Virus record (IMG/VR): IMGVR_UViG_3300006037_000008
Coordinates: 3,570-67,569 of that record
Length of the DNA: 64,000 nt
From: a virus
Strand: one strand, 5' to 3'
A program made the position numbers and the translations under genes. The notes beneath the pieces were generated by a model. That model saw only the letters and a program-made list of their open reading frames with translations, ran no database searches and was not told the DNA's origin. Shown in pieces: positions 21,301 through 29,149 of the stretch. Numbering within the stretch: position 1 is the first letter of the stretch; each line of letters starts with the position of its first letter.

Positions 21301-21939
21301 GGCCGCACCAAAGAAGGCAAAGAGGCTTGGCGCGAATTTGGGATGAGTATTCTGAAAACTATGATGAAAATCGTGACAGACAGAATCACAGCCCAGTTTA
21401 TGAGTATCTTGTTCGGAACCGCCGAGAATCCTACAAAGTTAGCTACAGCTGGCGGTGGTGCTATAGATTTTCTGCTTGGTATGGGTAAGACTGCAGCTAT
21501 GAGCACCCTTGGGCCAAGTGCTGCTGTGGGTTCAGGTATGAATTTCAACATGGCCTCCCCCTCAGCACCAATCCCGATGATGGGGGCTTTCGCCGAGGGC
21601 GGTAAGATTACTGGCGGGTTACCAAACCGAGACAGCGTGCCAATCATGGCAATGGCTGGTGAGTATATATTACCGAAGCACACCTCGAGCTATCTAGGCG
21701 AAGGCTTTCTCGAAGGTTTGCGCAGCAAGCCAGAGGCTACTATGCGGAGCTTCTCTGGTGCCTCAGCCGCTCTAGGTAAGGGTAAGTCTGTAAACCAAAG
21801 CACCAATGTTTATGTGGTCTCCCCTGATAAAGTTCCAGCAGGGATGAGTAGAGATGATGTTATCGTCACCATCGCTGACGACATCAACCGAAATGGTCCA
21901 ATTAAGCAATTGATCAAGCAGGTGAATCATCGTGGTTAA
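15328..21939 (+). CDS. tail tape measure protein
   Basis: 2203 aa, Ala/Gln/Lys-rich helical; TP901-type core (~17.9-18.7 kb); hydrophobic segment; FAEGG..TGG..RDSVPIMAMAGEYI C-terminal motif. Confidence 0.92.
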   Translation: MSTQKAGPGETIDVSITTQGSETAVNALNSALKKMGDLLANVNSMLNANDANLIRTVGTAGKLAATIDAQVRIASTILKAQANNTAGLEPNTLANAGMAQVGVGVDNHKAKQVKAAANSASDRALVEFRDQIVEGKATSLLRAKQMISEGTITSSQAKIAAQSVLELGQRTGNLKTAERASIYIRAIEKLDMQIADEKKKALKLQQENNRKSAKAERDAEALKTPQGQYIFMQQKADAAFLNSPNGAGYASAAARAQTTSRAATGFKQLQIEEFARQNAGQLTGPNRRRYFDGSVDFTQQADGRAKVQGLLDNAQLHQAYLRSMPVTGQSFAQSQALTQDKNKLNVEIKALREALNGLTKAQLARTPTAQSLQRLAKQEQAQGKLDGIDLTAARNLAKVDLNALPVSDLKRKQSEISAEIRKTDAAMSHAKTAQNKTARQEAQDLNKLLQAQLTLVEKLREADKTAKVQSTAKYQFTQMAEKAGLNQLGDPNSVLSFEAAARASVASKLRQGQLRQKAEQDLAALSGQGGLTGPRVGTMYIDSSLDNSKVSAAVLSDKLEYLKRHQASLELARQNPAAANTDIAGINAATAALKAQAEELKKLLTARKALDTQNNLSTKGFKQERAAKVLAGFDLTDAKTIANKSIAGLTGDKAVERTLELTRALADARKAYNLAVNAGDKAAQDSAKKLELALRTQQINLNAATGDTRKQAKAKADEEAKFNRLNAQTFRTTDLSAQISGAKTLLELDKLKRVELDKQLKAAKALQELAIKRGDAGAEQKANKLIEQYSAEAAAIRAKENQIKNEGKAGQNLAAKMSPEGQGAAFLNRMTLMKDYMMMGGIMGSISGAYSFVKDFESSLKQTQAIAQGTNQQMQSLKTSIIDVSDASRFSAIELTEVTTSLAQAGFSMSEIERSLRSVATLATATGSGLKDSVDIVTSVMGAFKMSASTMPDVVNQITQAMNMSKLDVPKFMLATQYAGNAASDLGVTFKEMLSATAAVSNTGIRSGSTMGTGMRQLMADLATPTDKMKKKMQDLGLTFADLDVRTNGLTGVMKNLKAAGFSTADAFGSFELRAAAYYVALGNNLDSYDEMYANMDNGTAAMDAQEIQMDSLAAQSDRMTNQFRVLADVVGKDLSQTLKSVFGTVADFTALLSKGAAGGVISWALNIGVMTVALGVFLLACRNVITVLRGVMGVLAAMRASLVATAATATLTGKVMSLSLGWVFAISAGIAIAITAYQKFGDSSRAAAEAAEEFKTKVASAKERIEAYGSSIEEIQQKLKSLSARSVSLAKDQEGLAVEFDEVRKKALELGIDLKDRLMVTVKDLTDTWEQLRLELSKQIVIDMVVKNQAQEGQWLNERQTYASDKNQRRIQGVNLIRSSNILGALAGAGDSKGLGTAFERATGAKNIEVNLQRIITLMSSKGKSSAEDYKAVKPEVDRIYAGLNATVLTELKKLERLQNDPKVTPEQAKIYAAQGEIFSRSFFTHEDSLEKVYADFVAITNQVIGGKLSQNAQARAEMNARTNTERVPGYDAKLAEGIANFTSGTKTSEYSTVLLRNNISRQAIEHIAAGRLLTHSAKIAEDALKAAVGLTDAQKAEAEADIADKRRRASEEEGKAADLMPAMMEQALVEKVTKLLELNVQLAMDRQLLERAIARQKAAEQKEDYPEALRLQGTVERIQLRAAAKTSEIKGLEASQQSSGDPSFGLRNEQARIFKIESEIEQERIKEASLLKIAELEKRLLESTQKLKQKAFELDIKRLNAETEEFKAQQTARDKSFKLSQDYYESEANRPLAILQARKEQMALPSNERQFTSFEKEDLDRQIAAEQESLYRNQAVTSLVREADNLALELELQGARYEELAADIETLQKRIVSEASQFSAADLESNKLALKAQETSLEEVYTQINTLQGRQEEIKGRLSILGEAAPKATPFANQLGAKYQKAWADKNTPEALFNDLSVGIDSISSGINGMVDNLVDATGSVEDFFRGFLGRTKEGKEAWREFGMSILKTMMKIVTDRITAQFMSILFGTAENPTKLATAGGGAIDFLLGMGKTAAMSTLGPSAAVGSGMNFNMASPSAPIPMMGAFAEGGKITGGLPNRDSVPIMAMAGEYILPKHTSSYLGEGFLEGLRSKPEATMRSFSGASAALGKGKSVNQSTNVYVVSPDKVPAGMSRDDVIVTIADDINRNGPIKQLIKQVNHRG

Positions 21940-22825
21940 TTTCCCCCCGCTCGGAACCTACCGCCAAAGACTACTTGGGAGAACCGATCTTGATCGGTTC
22001 GACTGGTGCGCTCACAACTACTCAACTCAGTATGTGGAGCTTTACACTAGGATCTCAAACAACACGTCACAAGGGGTGGTGAGCAGAACTGAACATCAAC
22101 CCACCCGACTGTTTACGCTGGCATTTGAAACCCTGATTAACTCTGAGACTTTAAACAGGAGTCTAACTTCAGGTTTAAATTTTAAGACTTTAGAGGAGTT
22201 TTATTATAAACATGGGATGCACTCTCAGTTTATTTACTGCCACCCTGTTTATGGTGAGGTGGTTGTTAGATTTAATAAGCCACTAGCAACACCTAAATCT
22301 AGGGGATCAGGGAAAGGCTCAGTAGAGCCTTTTACTTTAGAGTTCATTGAGGTTTTGTCCTCCCCCCACGTCCTTCACCCATTGGAGAAAACCTTAAACT
22401 TCGGAGGGGGTTTCCCTTTTGTAGGTTACAACGTTGAAGTTACAAACCCCGAGGACGCAAACGTGGTCGCATTAGGGGGGAGTCACCAAATGGTTTTTAG
22501 AGACCGACAAAAAATAATTAGGAAGTTCAGGCTTAATTTTTCAGTCCTACAGTACCATATAACCCGAAACGGTCTCTCCTTCTACAAGGGAGCTTCCTAT
22601 AACTGTCTGCTATTAGAAGCCTTCTACCTGAGATACCGATTAGATATTCCCTTTCTACTTGATTACGCAGGGGAAAAAATACCAGTGGTTTTTTCTGAGC
22701 CATTAAAAATCCCTCAACCCACAGGTAACACTGGATGTATCCTAGGGCTTGAGTTAGAATTAGTTGAGAACCCTTATGGCCTACCCTTAACGGTTTTCCT
22801 TGAGCCTGAGAGGGTCTACTATTGA
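21932..22825 (+). CDS. distal tail protein (two gpM-like halves)
   Basis: Follows the tape measure gene; internal duplication LEEFY..H..F..VRF..PL and LEAFY..RL..F..VVF..PL. Confidence 0.6.
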   Translation: MVNFPPLGTYRQRLLGRTDLDRFDWCAHNYSTQYVELYTRISNNTSQGVVSRTEHQPTRLFTLAFETLINSETLNRSLTSGLNFKTLEEFYYKHGMHSQFIYCHPVYGEVVVRFNKPLATPKSRGSGKGSVEPFTLEFIEVLSSPHVLHPLEKTLNFGGGFPFVGYNVEVTNPEDANVVALGGSHQMVFRDRQKIIRKFRLNFSVLQYHITRNGLSFYKGASYNCLLLEAFYLRYRLDIPFLLDYAGEKIPVVFSEPLKIPQPTGNTGCILGLELELVENPYGLPLTVFLEPERVYY

Positions 22826-22878
22826 TGTAGGTTATTTTGTGTCGTACCCTTATGATCTACCTTTAACAGGTTTCCTTG

Positions 22879-23352
22879 ATGAGTGATGCTCAGATACTAC
22901 AAGCCATTGATTTGAAGCAAGACGAGTTCTTGCTTCTTTTTACCGTGGTAACACCCTCTGGATTTATTGCTAGATTCTGCTCTAAGTATTCAGTCACGTT
23001 TATGAGTGTTGAGTACGAGTTTCTACCCAATAAAATCTCAGGCATCCATGATTCGGCAACTGAGGAGTTAAGCCGCCCTAGTTGGGAGATTCAAAACCCT
23101 CATGGGATGTTTAATAAGATAGCAATTAGTGGCGAGCTTGAAGGGGCGATTGTAGACTTAATTCGAGTAAGGGAATCTGACCTCGCTAGTGGAGGTTATG
23201 TTGAGACTCGATTAGATAAATGGAGAATCTATCGGATTGTCTCGGTGAACACGATGTTGCAGTTAGAGCTTCGGAAAATTTCAGACTTCCCCAAGGGTAA
23301 ATTCCCAGTCCGTGGTTACTACCCACCAGATTTTAGATCGGTGACTTTTTAG
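22879..23352 (+). CDS. minor tail protein L-like
   Basis: YEFLP..ISG..LSRP..LEGAIV..R and LELR..D..P.R motifs; gene order. Confidence 0.6.
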   Translation: MSDAQILQAIDLKQDEFLLLFTVVTPSGFIARFCSKYSVTFMSVEYEFLPNKISGIHDSATEELSRPSWEIQNPHGMFNKIAISGELEGAIVDLIRVRESDLASGGYVETRLDKWRIYRIVSVNTMLQLELRKISDFPKGKFPVRGYYPPDFRSVTF

Positions 23353-23360
23353 GAGTTATT

Positions 23361-23825
23361 ATGGATTATCACCTATATTCTGGGCTTTTGAACAAAGTTT
23401 ATGTTGCAGGATTTCAAGATTGCTACACCGTAGTTCGAGACTTCTACGCTCAGAACTACGAGATTACCTTGGCTAACTACGCAAGACCAGATAACTTTCA
23501 GAACGAAGATTTCAACATCATCGGTCGTTTAAAGAATAACCCTGATTTCCTTAGCAGACCCTCCAACCGTAATCTGTTGGTGGCAGGGGATGTTCTAATC
23601 TTTAGAGTAGCCGCAAACGTAGAGAATCACTTTGGCGTTTATGTAGGTAATGGCCTGTTCATTCACCACCTAGTCAACACCCGATCCAAAGAGGACAGTC
23701 TGGATGCTAAATGGATGCGGCGGGTTACCTCTGTTTTAAGACACAAAGAAGCGCCTGAGAAGACCCAGAGTGAAGATCTGTTTAATCTGATCGCTCCAAT
23801 GTTTAGAAACCGGAGTAGTCTATGA
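23361..23825 (+). CDS. NlpC/P60 tail protein (gpK C-terminal domain)
   Basis: DCYTVVRDFY, GDVLIF and NHFGVYVGNGLFIHH. Confidence 0.85.
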   Translation: MDYHLYSGLLNKVYVAGFQDCYTVVRDFYAQNYEITLANYARPDNFQNEDFNIIGRLKNNPDFLSRPSNRNLLVAGDVLIFRVAANVENHFGVYVGNGLFIHHLVNTRSKEDSLDAKWMRRVTSVLRHKEAPEKTQSEDLFNLIAPMFRNRSSL

Positions 23826-24145
23826 ACCAGCTATGGTCTCCTCTCTTAGAACGTTGTGGTTTTATTCTAAAAGACGGCACAATCATTGAAGTGGAAAATA
23901 AACACCCAACACCCTCTATCTCTTTCTCCATCGAGACAGAATCTTTTGAGACTTATGCAGACCAGATAGCTATAGTATGGCATACCCACCCCACAGGCTT
24001 TGTGAATCTATCAGTGGCCGATTATCACGCCTTCTTACTAAAGCCTGAGTATCTCCACATGATTATTGGGAAGACCCAACGTGCTATTTTTCAAGTTGAG
24101 GATGGGGTTGTTCTGATTCGGGAGTTTTATAATGGTGACGCTTAA
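23822..24145 (+). CDS. JAB/MPN metalloprotease tail protein (gpK N-terminal domain)
   Basis: ERCGFI and WHTHP..LS.AD. Confidence 0.85.
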   Translation: MNQLWSPLLERCGFILKDGTIIEVENKHPTPSISFSIETESFETYADQIAIVWHTHPTGFVNLSVADYHAFLLKPEYLHMIIGKTQRAIFQVEDGVVLIREFYNGDA

Positions 24146-24863
24146 TTTCACAGGGTCTTTGCTGAACTACTTTGCTCCGAAGCTTGTGGTGGATACCAGC
24201 ACGGTTTTAGAAGCCTTAGAGCTGGTAATGAAGCAACACCCAATGGTTGGTAAAATGGCTAAGATCCCTATAACGCCTCGGGGGTATCCAAGTGTCGAGT
24301 CCCTAATGATCCCTCTGCACACATCGGTGGAGGTCTTTATAGATCCTGCAGACGTACCAGAGGGTTATGTGGGAGCAGGAGGTGGTGGGAGTAAGAAGGG
24401 TGCTTTGATTGCGTTAGCGATTGGGATAGCCCTCGTAGTCATCGCTGGCCCAGCTGGACTCTTATCCTCTATGCCCAAGACCGCGATGTTTGTATTAAGT
24501 ATGGGTCTTAACCTTGCAATCGGGGGGCTGATGCAGCTTCTGGCTCCCACTCCTGACGAGCCTGAGAAAGAGCGCAAGAGCAGGTACTTCTCGGGGGATA
24601 AGATGACCGTCGATTTAGGCACACCTATCCAGATGGTGTTTGGAACTCATCGAGTTTACAGTCATCTGCTAAGCTTCGACATTCAAGCTCGTAATTACAG
24701 TGGTTTGGACGACCCAAACACCTCCCCATATTTTAACCAGAAGTCTGACGATTTGCTGCCGGGGGTTAATATCAACCGTTTTTATGGGGTGGTGAAAGCA
24801 GGGCCAAGGGTTCGGGTTGCTCAGGCAAACAACATGGTAAATAGAACAGGAGTAGAATTATGA
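24132..24863 (+). CDS. tail assembly protein I-like
   Basis: N-terminal ubiquitin-like-length domain, GAGGGG, hydrophobic stretch, G.PI..VFG. Confidence 0.8.
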   Translation: MVTLNFTGSLLNYFAPKLVVDTSTVLEALELVMKQHPMVGKMAKIPITPRGYPSVESLMIPLHTSVEVFIDPADVPEGYVGAGGGGSKKGALIALAIGIALVVIAGPAGLLSSMPKTAMFVLSMGLNLAIGGLMQLLAPTPDEPEKERKSRYFSGDKMTVDLGTPIQMVFGTHRVYSHLLSFDIQARNYSGLDDPNTSPYFNQKSDDLLPGVNINRFYGVVKAGPRVRVAQANNMVNRTGVEL

Positions 24864-27800
24864 GTGGCGGTCCGAAGAAACCCAACACACAAAAAGACAA
24901 TCTATTCTCTCAAGATATTGTGGAGTTAGCACTCTCCTTTGGTGAGGGTGTGATTTGGGGTTTAGAGAATGGTCTGGAGGGTTTCTATGTGGGGGAAGAA
25001 GCTGCCCTTGATATGTCAACAGGGACACCCTTCTACCCGTTTCCAGACTTCTCATTAAGTATGCGCCAAGGTTATGTAGACGATCTGCCAGTAGAATATA
25101 TTCTGGGCGGCGAGGCTAATACGATAACAGGGAGTGCTGGGGCAGTCTTAACCGAAAACATTGCTAGAAGCTTTGAAACATCCCCAGCTCTGAGAGGGAA
25201 GATTCGAGCCATAGATATTCGCTTTGCAGTTCAAAGTTTATACTCGGGGGATGCTGAGGGTAATACCTCTCAGCGCTCATGCGTATTTAAGATAGAGTAT
25301 AGAAGAAAACTTAGTGATCCAGAATTCAAACCCTTGATCAGCAAGTCGCTAAATGACCTGCTACTGTCCACTAAAAGAGTGGACTTCTTAAAGATGGTGG
25401 CCCTTGGTGGGGGGGTTTCGTCAATGGAGTTTGATATTTGGTCTGCCGCGCAGCTCGATCAGTTTGAGTATGATTTTTGGGATGAGCAGATATACATGCA
25501 AACAGGGGAGAGGGGTTTATACGACGGCAGCTCCATGCTACGCATCTACCCTGAACTTCTGGGTGGGGGTTATGTAGGTAAAACCCCGCTTCAAGTAGCC
25601 AATATGTTTACCAACGCTGTGGGAGTCTCCAGTCAATCTATATCAGATGCAGCAGAGGCTGCCAACTACCTGTTAATCCCCAGCCAATACCACACCATCT
25701 ATGGTAAGACCACGAGTGGTTATATCTCTGAATTAAGGGTCCCCTTGGACTTATTGCCTGAGGATACTGAAGATGATTGGGTGATTCGGATCACTCGGCT
25801 GACAAAAACCATTGGAAGCGAGGATGCTTATAATGCTGCGAATATCAGCTTAGAGAGCATCGCGACTATTGCCGAAGAGAAAGTTAGCTACCCAAGAATT
25901 TGTGTTGCCCACATTTTAGCCCAGCATACTGACCGCTTTAGTCAAATCCCTGACTTCTCCTGTGACCTTATGGGTTTATTGTGTGACATCCCAATCAACT
26001 ATAATGGTTTTGAGGGTACTTACTCCGGTGATTGGTTAGGCGGCTATAAGAAAGCATGGACTGATAACCCAGTTTGGATTTTGCGCGAGCTGATTATGAA
26101 TCCTGATTGGGGTGATCGCAGTCGTGAGCCGAGTATTCAAATCAGTGACTCTAGCTTTTATGAAGCGGCTCAGTATTGTGATGTCCGAGTACCTAAGCTT
26201 GGTTCACTTGATATGATCAGAAGACATACATTAAACATGGTTGTTCAGGAATACCGAACCTCTGACGACTTGAAGAAGTTTATCGCTGGATCTTTCCGTT
26301 CTATTCTAAATGAGGTGAATGGAAAGTATTATCTGAATACAGATAAGCAAAGACCCTTGAGTTTCTTTGTTTGTCCTGAGATGGTCAGCTCAGAACTATT
26401 CACTTACAGTGCCACCGACCTTGCATCACGCTTTAACTTTATGCGGGTGAGCTTCCAAAGTAAGGAGAATAAATATCAGGAGGATAATCGAGTTATCACT
26501 AACCAAGAACAGATTGATAAGTACGGCGTAATCAGTAATGATTTTCAGGCTGTGGGGGTTACTAATCTTGATGAGGCTCTGCGGCAGGGAGTCTTTAATA
26601 TGCTGACCAATTTGAAAGAAACCCTAATGGTCAACTTCAAGATACCAAGATTGGGGATGTTCGTTGGCCAGTATGATAATTTTCTGATTGCGGACAGAAC
26701 TTGTGGCTGGGGTGACTCTGGCCGCATATTCGAGCAGAAGGGCAACCTGTTGAAGGTGTTGACCCCCATTGGTGTAGGTATGGGTGCCTGTCGATTAACT
26801 TATCACACGCTTGATGGGTTAAGGGAGATCAACTGCTATCAGTTAGACCCTTATACCTTTGAGATAGACCCTCTGGAAGAGCTAGTCTTGCTGGAACGAG
26901 ACACCCCCTTTATCTTATCTTCCGAGGAATTTGGAGCGCCTAAAGCCTTTCGACTAATGAGTGTAAAAGATGAAGGGCAAGGGGACGGTTTGATTTACAC
27001 CGTGGAAGCCTCTGAAGTTTACGCTGAGAAGTACGCCCTGACTGATGCCCTAAACCAAGAGAGTTTAGGTCTGCAGTTTGCCGCTGATCGTCTGATCTAC
27101 ACTGCAAGGCCGAGACCCCCAAAGCCTATTGCTGTTTTCGTAACTCAGCTGGACTTTCTATCTGTGGGTTCCAGCACAATCATGTATGAGATCACCATTA
27201 CAATGGCTGAAATCCTAACGGGCTATAGCTATCAAGTGGTTTGGTACCACTCAGACTATTCAAGTGATTCGGAGAAGAGGACAGTAATCTTGGACAGTCC
27301 CCAGGGGATTCTACCTGCTGCGGGAGTCTTAACTGAGAAGACCAAGCTTAACTTTGAGGTGACTCTGATTGATTCGTTCGGGAATGCAGGAGAAACCTTC
27401 TACTGGCTAAATCAAGCCATTGGGTTTAAGTCTGGGTATGAGCGATTAAGACTGATCAAAATAACCACGGACTTGTATACAGACACTATAAGTGTACGCT
27501 CCGAGGGAATCTCTGGCCTATTAGCTTACTCGAATGCTTCTTTTAAAGTTAGTCGCCCATTAGGGGTGGACGTATTAAAGGTGCCGATGATCCTTAGCGA
27601 ATTTAACGTTTCGGATACCGATAATGTCGCCTCGTTCGAGTATACCGGCTTAGGAATCTACTCAGGCTTTGTGGAGTACCTAGATCAACCCTCTTTGGAA
27701 AACCCTGTATGGAACTTCTCAAAACCCTTAGTGTGGTTTGAACGCCTAGAACCTCTAGTGTTCACCTCGGTTACACGTTTAGACCCAGACACTTGTCGAG

Positions 27801-28096
27801 TGGTGTGGAATACCATACCAGTAATTGACACTAACTTATTTCAATCAGTCTCTGTAGGAGTTATCGACGTTACTAACCCGCTTAGTCCTTCTGCACCCGT
27901 CTATGTGGGCCCTCTTGATAGCTTTGATTTTGATTCGGCTGACATCCCCTTAACTGGGCCTGCGTTTGCTACCGGAACTGATTTCGCCTTCATCTTTAAC
28001 TTCACCTATAAGCCTATAGCACTTGCTGGACCTCCACTTGGTAGCTCCTTTGACCGAACATTTATTAGTAACCTCAGTCCCACCTTTACCCTCTAA
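24860..28096 (+). CDS. central tail fibre / tip attachment protein J-like
   Basis: GEGVI.G, GKTTSGY, IRITRLT, SYP, AWTDNPVWIL. Confidence 0.85.
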   Translation: MSGGPKKPNTQKDNLFSQDIVELALSFGEGVIWGLENGLEGFYVGEEAALDMSTGTPFYPFPDFSLSMRQGYVDDLPVEYILGGEANTITGSAGAVLTENIARSFETSPALRGKIRAIDIRFAVQSLYSGDAEGNTSQRSCVFKIEYRRKLSDPEFKPLISKSLNDLLLSTKRVDFLKMVALGGGVSSMEFDIWSAAQLDQFEYDFWDEQIYMQTGERGLYDGSSMLRIYPELLGGGYVGKTPLQVANMFTNAVGVSSQSISDAAEAANYLLIPSQYHTIYGKTTSGYISELRVPLDLLPEDTEDDWVIRITRLTKTIGSEDAYNAANISLESIATIAEEKVSYPRICVAHILAQHTDRFSQIPDFSCDLMGLLCDIPINYNGFEGTYSGDWLGGYKKAWTDNPVWILRELIMNPDWGDRSREPSIQISDSSFYEAAQYCDVRVPKLGSLDMIRRHTLNMVVQEYRTSDDLKKFIAGSFRSILNEVNGKYYLNTDKQRPLSFFVCPEMVSSELFTYSATDLASRFNFMRVSFQSKENKYQEDNRVITNQEQIDKYGVISNDFQAVGVTNLDEALRQGVFNMLTNLKETLMVNFKIPRLGMFVGQYDNFLIADRTCGWGDSGRIFEQKGNLLKVLTPIGVGMGACRLTYHTLDGLREINCYQLDPYTFEIDPLEELVLLERDTPFILSSEEFGAPKAFRLMSVKDEGQGDGLIYTVEASEVYAEKYALTDALNQESLGLQFAADRLIYTARPRPPKPIAVFVTQLDFLSVGSSTIMYEITITMAEILTGYSYQVVWYHSDYSSDSEKRTVILDSPQGILPAAGVLTEKTKLNFEVTLIDSFGNAGETFYWLNQAIGFKSGYERLRLIKITTDLYTDTISVRSEGISGLLAYSNASFKVSRPLGVDVLKVPMILSEFNVSDTDNVASFEYTGLGIYSGFVEYLDQPSLENPVWNFSKPLVWFERLEPLVFTSVTRLDPDTCRVVWNTIPVIDTNLFQSVSVGVIDVTNPLSPSAPVYVGPLDSFDFDSADIPLTGPAFATGTDFAFIFNFTYKPIALAGPPLGSSFDRTFISNLSPTFTL

Positions 28097-28100
28097 CAAC

Positions 28101-28124
28101 AAAAAGCCCCTTACGGGGCTTTTT
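28101..28124. terminator. bidirectional terminator between J and nrdB
   Basis: AAAAAGCCCC-ttac-GGGGCTTTTT. Confidence 0.9.
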
Positions 28125-28126
28125 GA

Positions 28127-29146
28127 TTACTCAACCATTGTAATCCCAAGAGCTGGATCAGCATCAAACCACCAATCTTGCCCGGGGTAAACCCAATCCC
28201 CCTCAAGCATTCCAGCCGCGTAACCTGTAGCCCGATTCTCAAAGAAGTTGGTCAGCTCGTTGTTAGAGAAAATCCAGTCCATCCATTCCAGTGGGTTATC
28301 TTCGACCCCATAAATAGGTTCAAGACCCAACTGAACAGCACGGAAGTCTGCCAAATACTGAATGAACTTGAAGACTTGCTTCATCTTGAGATCTGGCAGT
28401 TTGCCAACACTGAATGCCTCTTTTAAGAACTCCTTCTCCATCTCAACCACGTCCTTGATCATCCGCACCAAGCTGGGTTTAAAATCAGGATCAGCTAGAA
28501 TCTCTGGGTTCTCTTCCAGCTCTGTATTGAAGGTCTTTAGATTCATCTCGACGTGCAGATTTTCATCTCGGGCAGACCAAGTAACGATCTGGCCGAGGTT
28601 TTTCATCTTGCCGAAACGCTGAGCATTCATCAGGATCACGAACAGACCATACAAGCTCAAGCCTTCGCCCAGCACACCATTGCGAGCCAAGAAGAAAGCG
28701 CGACTCTTCGGCGAATCATCCATCTCATAACTGGTGAAGAACTCATGCTTGGCGGCAATTGATTCGATCTCAAGGAACCGCTTGTACTCGCTCTCAGGCA
28801 GCCCCAACTGATCAGGAATGAGAGAATAGGCATCGACGTGCAAACCTTCGATACGAGCGATTAGGCCATAAGCCATACGCATCTCAGGGGCTTTGTACCA
28901 GCGTAGTATCTGGTCATAATAGCCAGAGGCTACGTTAATATCTTGCTGGGTGAACCAATTTAGGATGTGGGTATACACCTCCTTGGTTCCTTGGTCGATT
29001 TTATTGTCCCAATCGTTTAGGTCTTCGGCAATCGGGGTCTCTTCCACAGTCCAGTGCATGCTCTCCTGAGCTTTGTAGAACTGATAAGCCCAAGGGTACT
29101 GGAAGGGTTTGAAGTAGGGACGTGTATCTGTCAATTGATAGCTCAT
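28127..29146 (-). CDS. nrdB: ribonucleotide reductase class I beta subunit
   Basis: KPFQYPWA, HW..EE, EGLHVDAY, RDENLH, NFFENRATGY. Confidence 0.95.
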   Translation of the reverse strand: MSYQLTDTRPYFKPFQYPWAYQFYKAQESMHWTVEETPIAEDLNDWDNKIDQGTKEVYTHILNWFTQQDINVASGYYDQILRWYKAPEMRMAYGLIARIEGLHVDAYSLIPDQLGLPESEYKRFLEIESIAAKHEFFTSYEMDDSPKSRAFFLARNGVLGEGLSLYGLFVILMNAQRFGKMKNLGQIVTWSARDENLHVEMNLKTFNTELEENPEILADPDFKPSLVRMIKDVVEMEKEFLKEAFSVGKLPDLKMKQVFKFIQYLADFRAVQLGLEPIYGVEDNPLEWMDWIFSNNELTNFFENRATGYAAGMLEGDWVYPGQDWWFDADPALGITMVE

Positions 29147-29149
29147 GGC

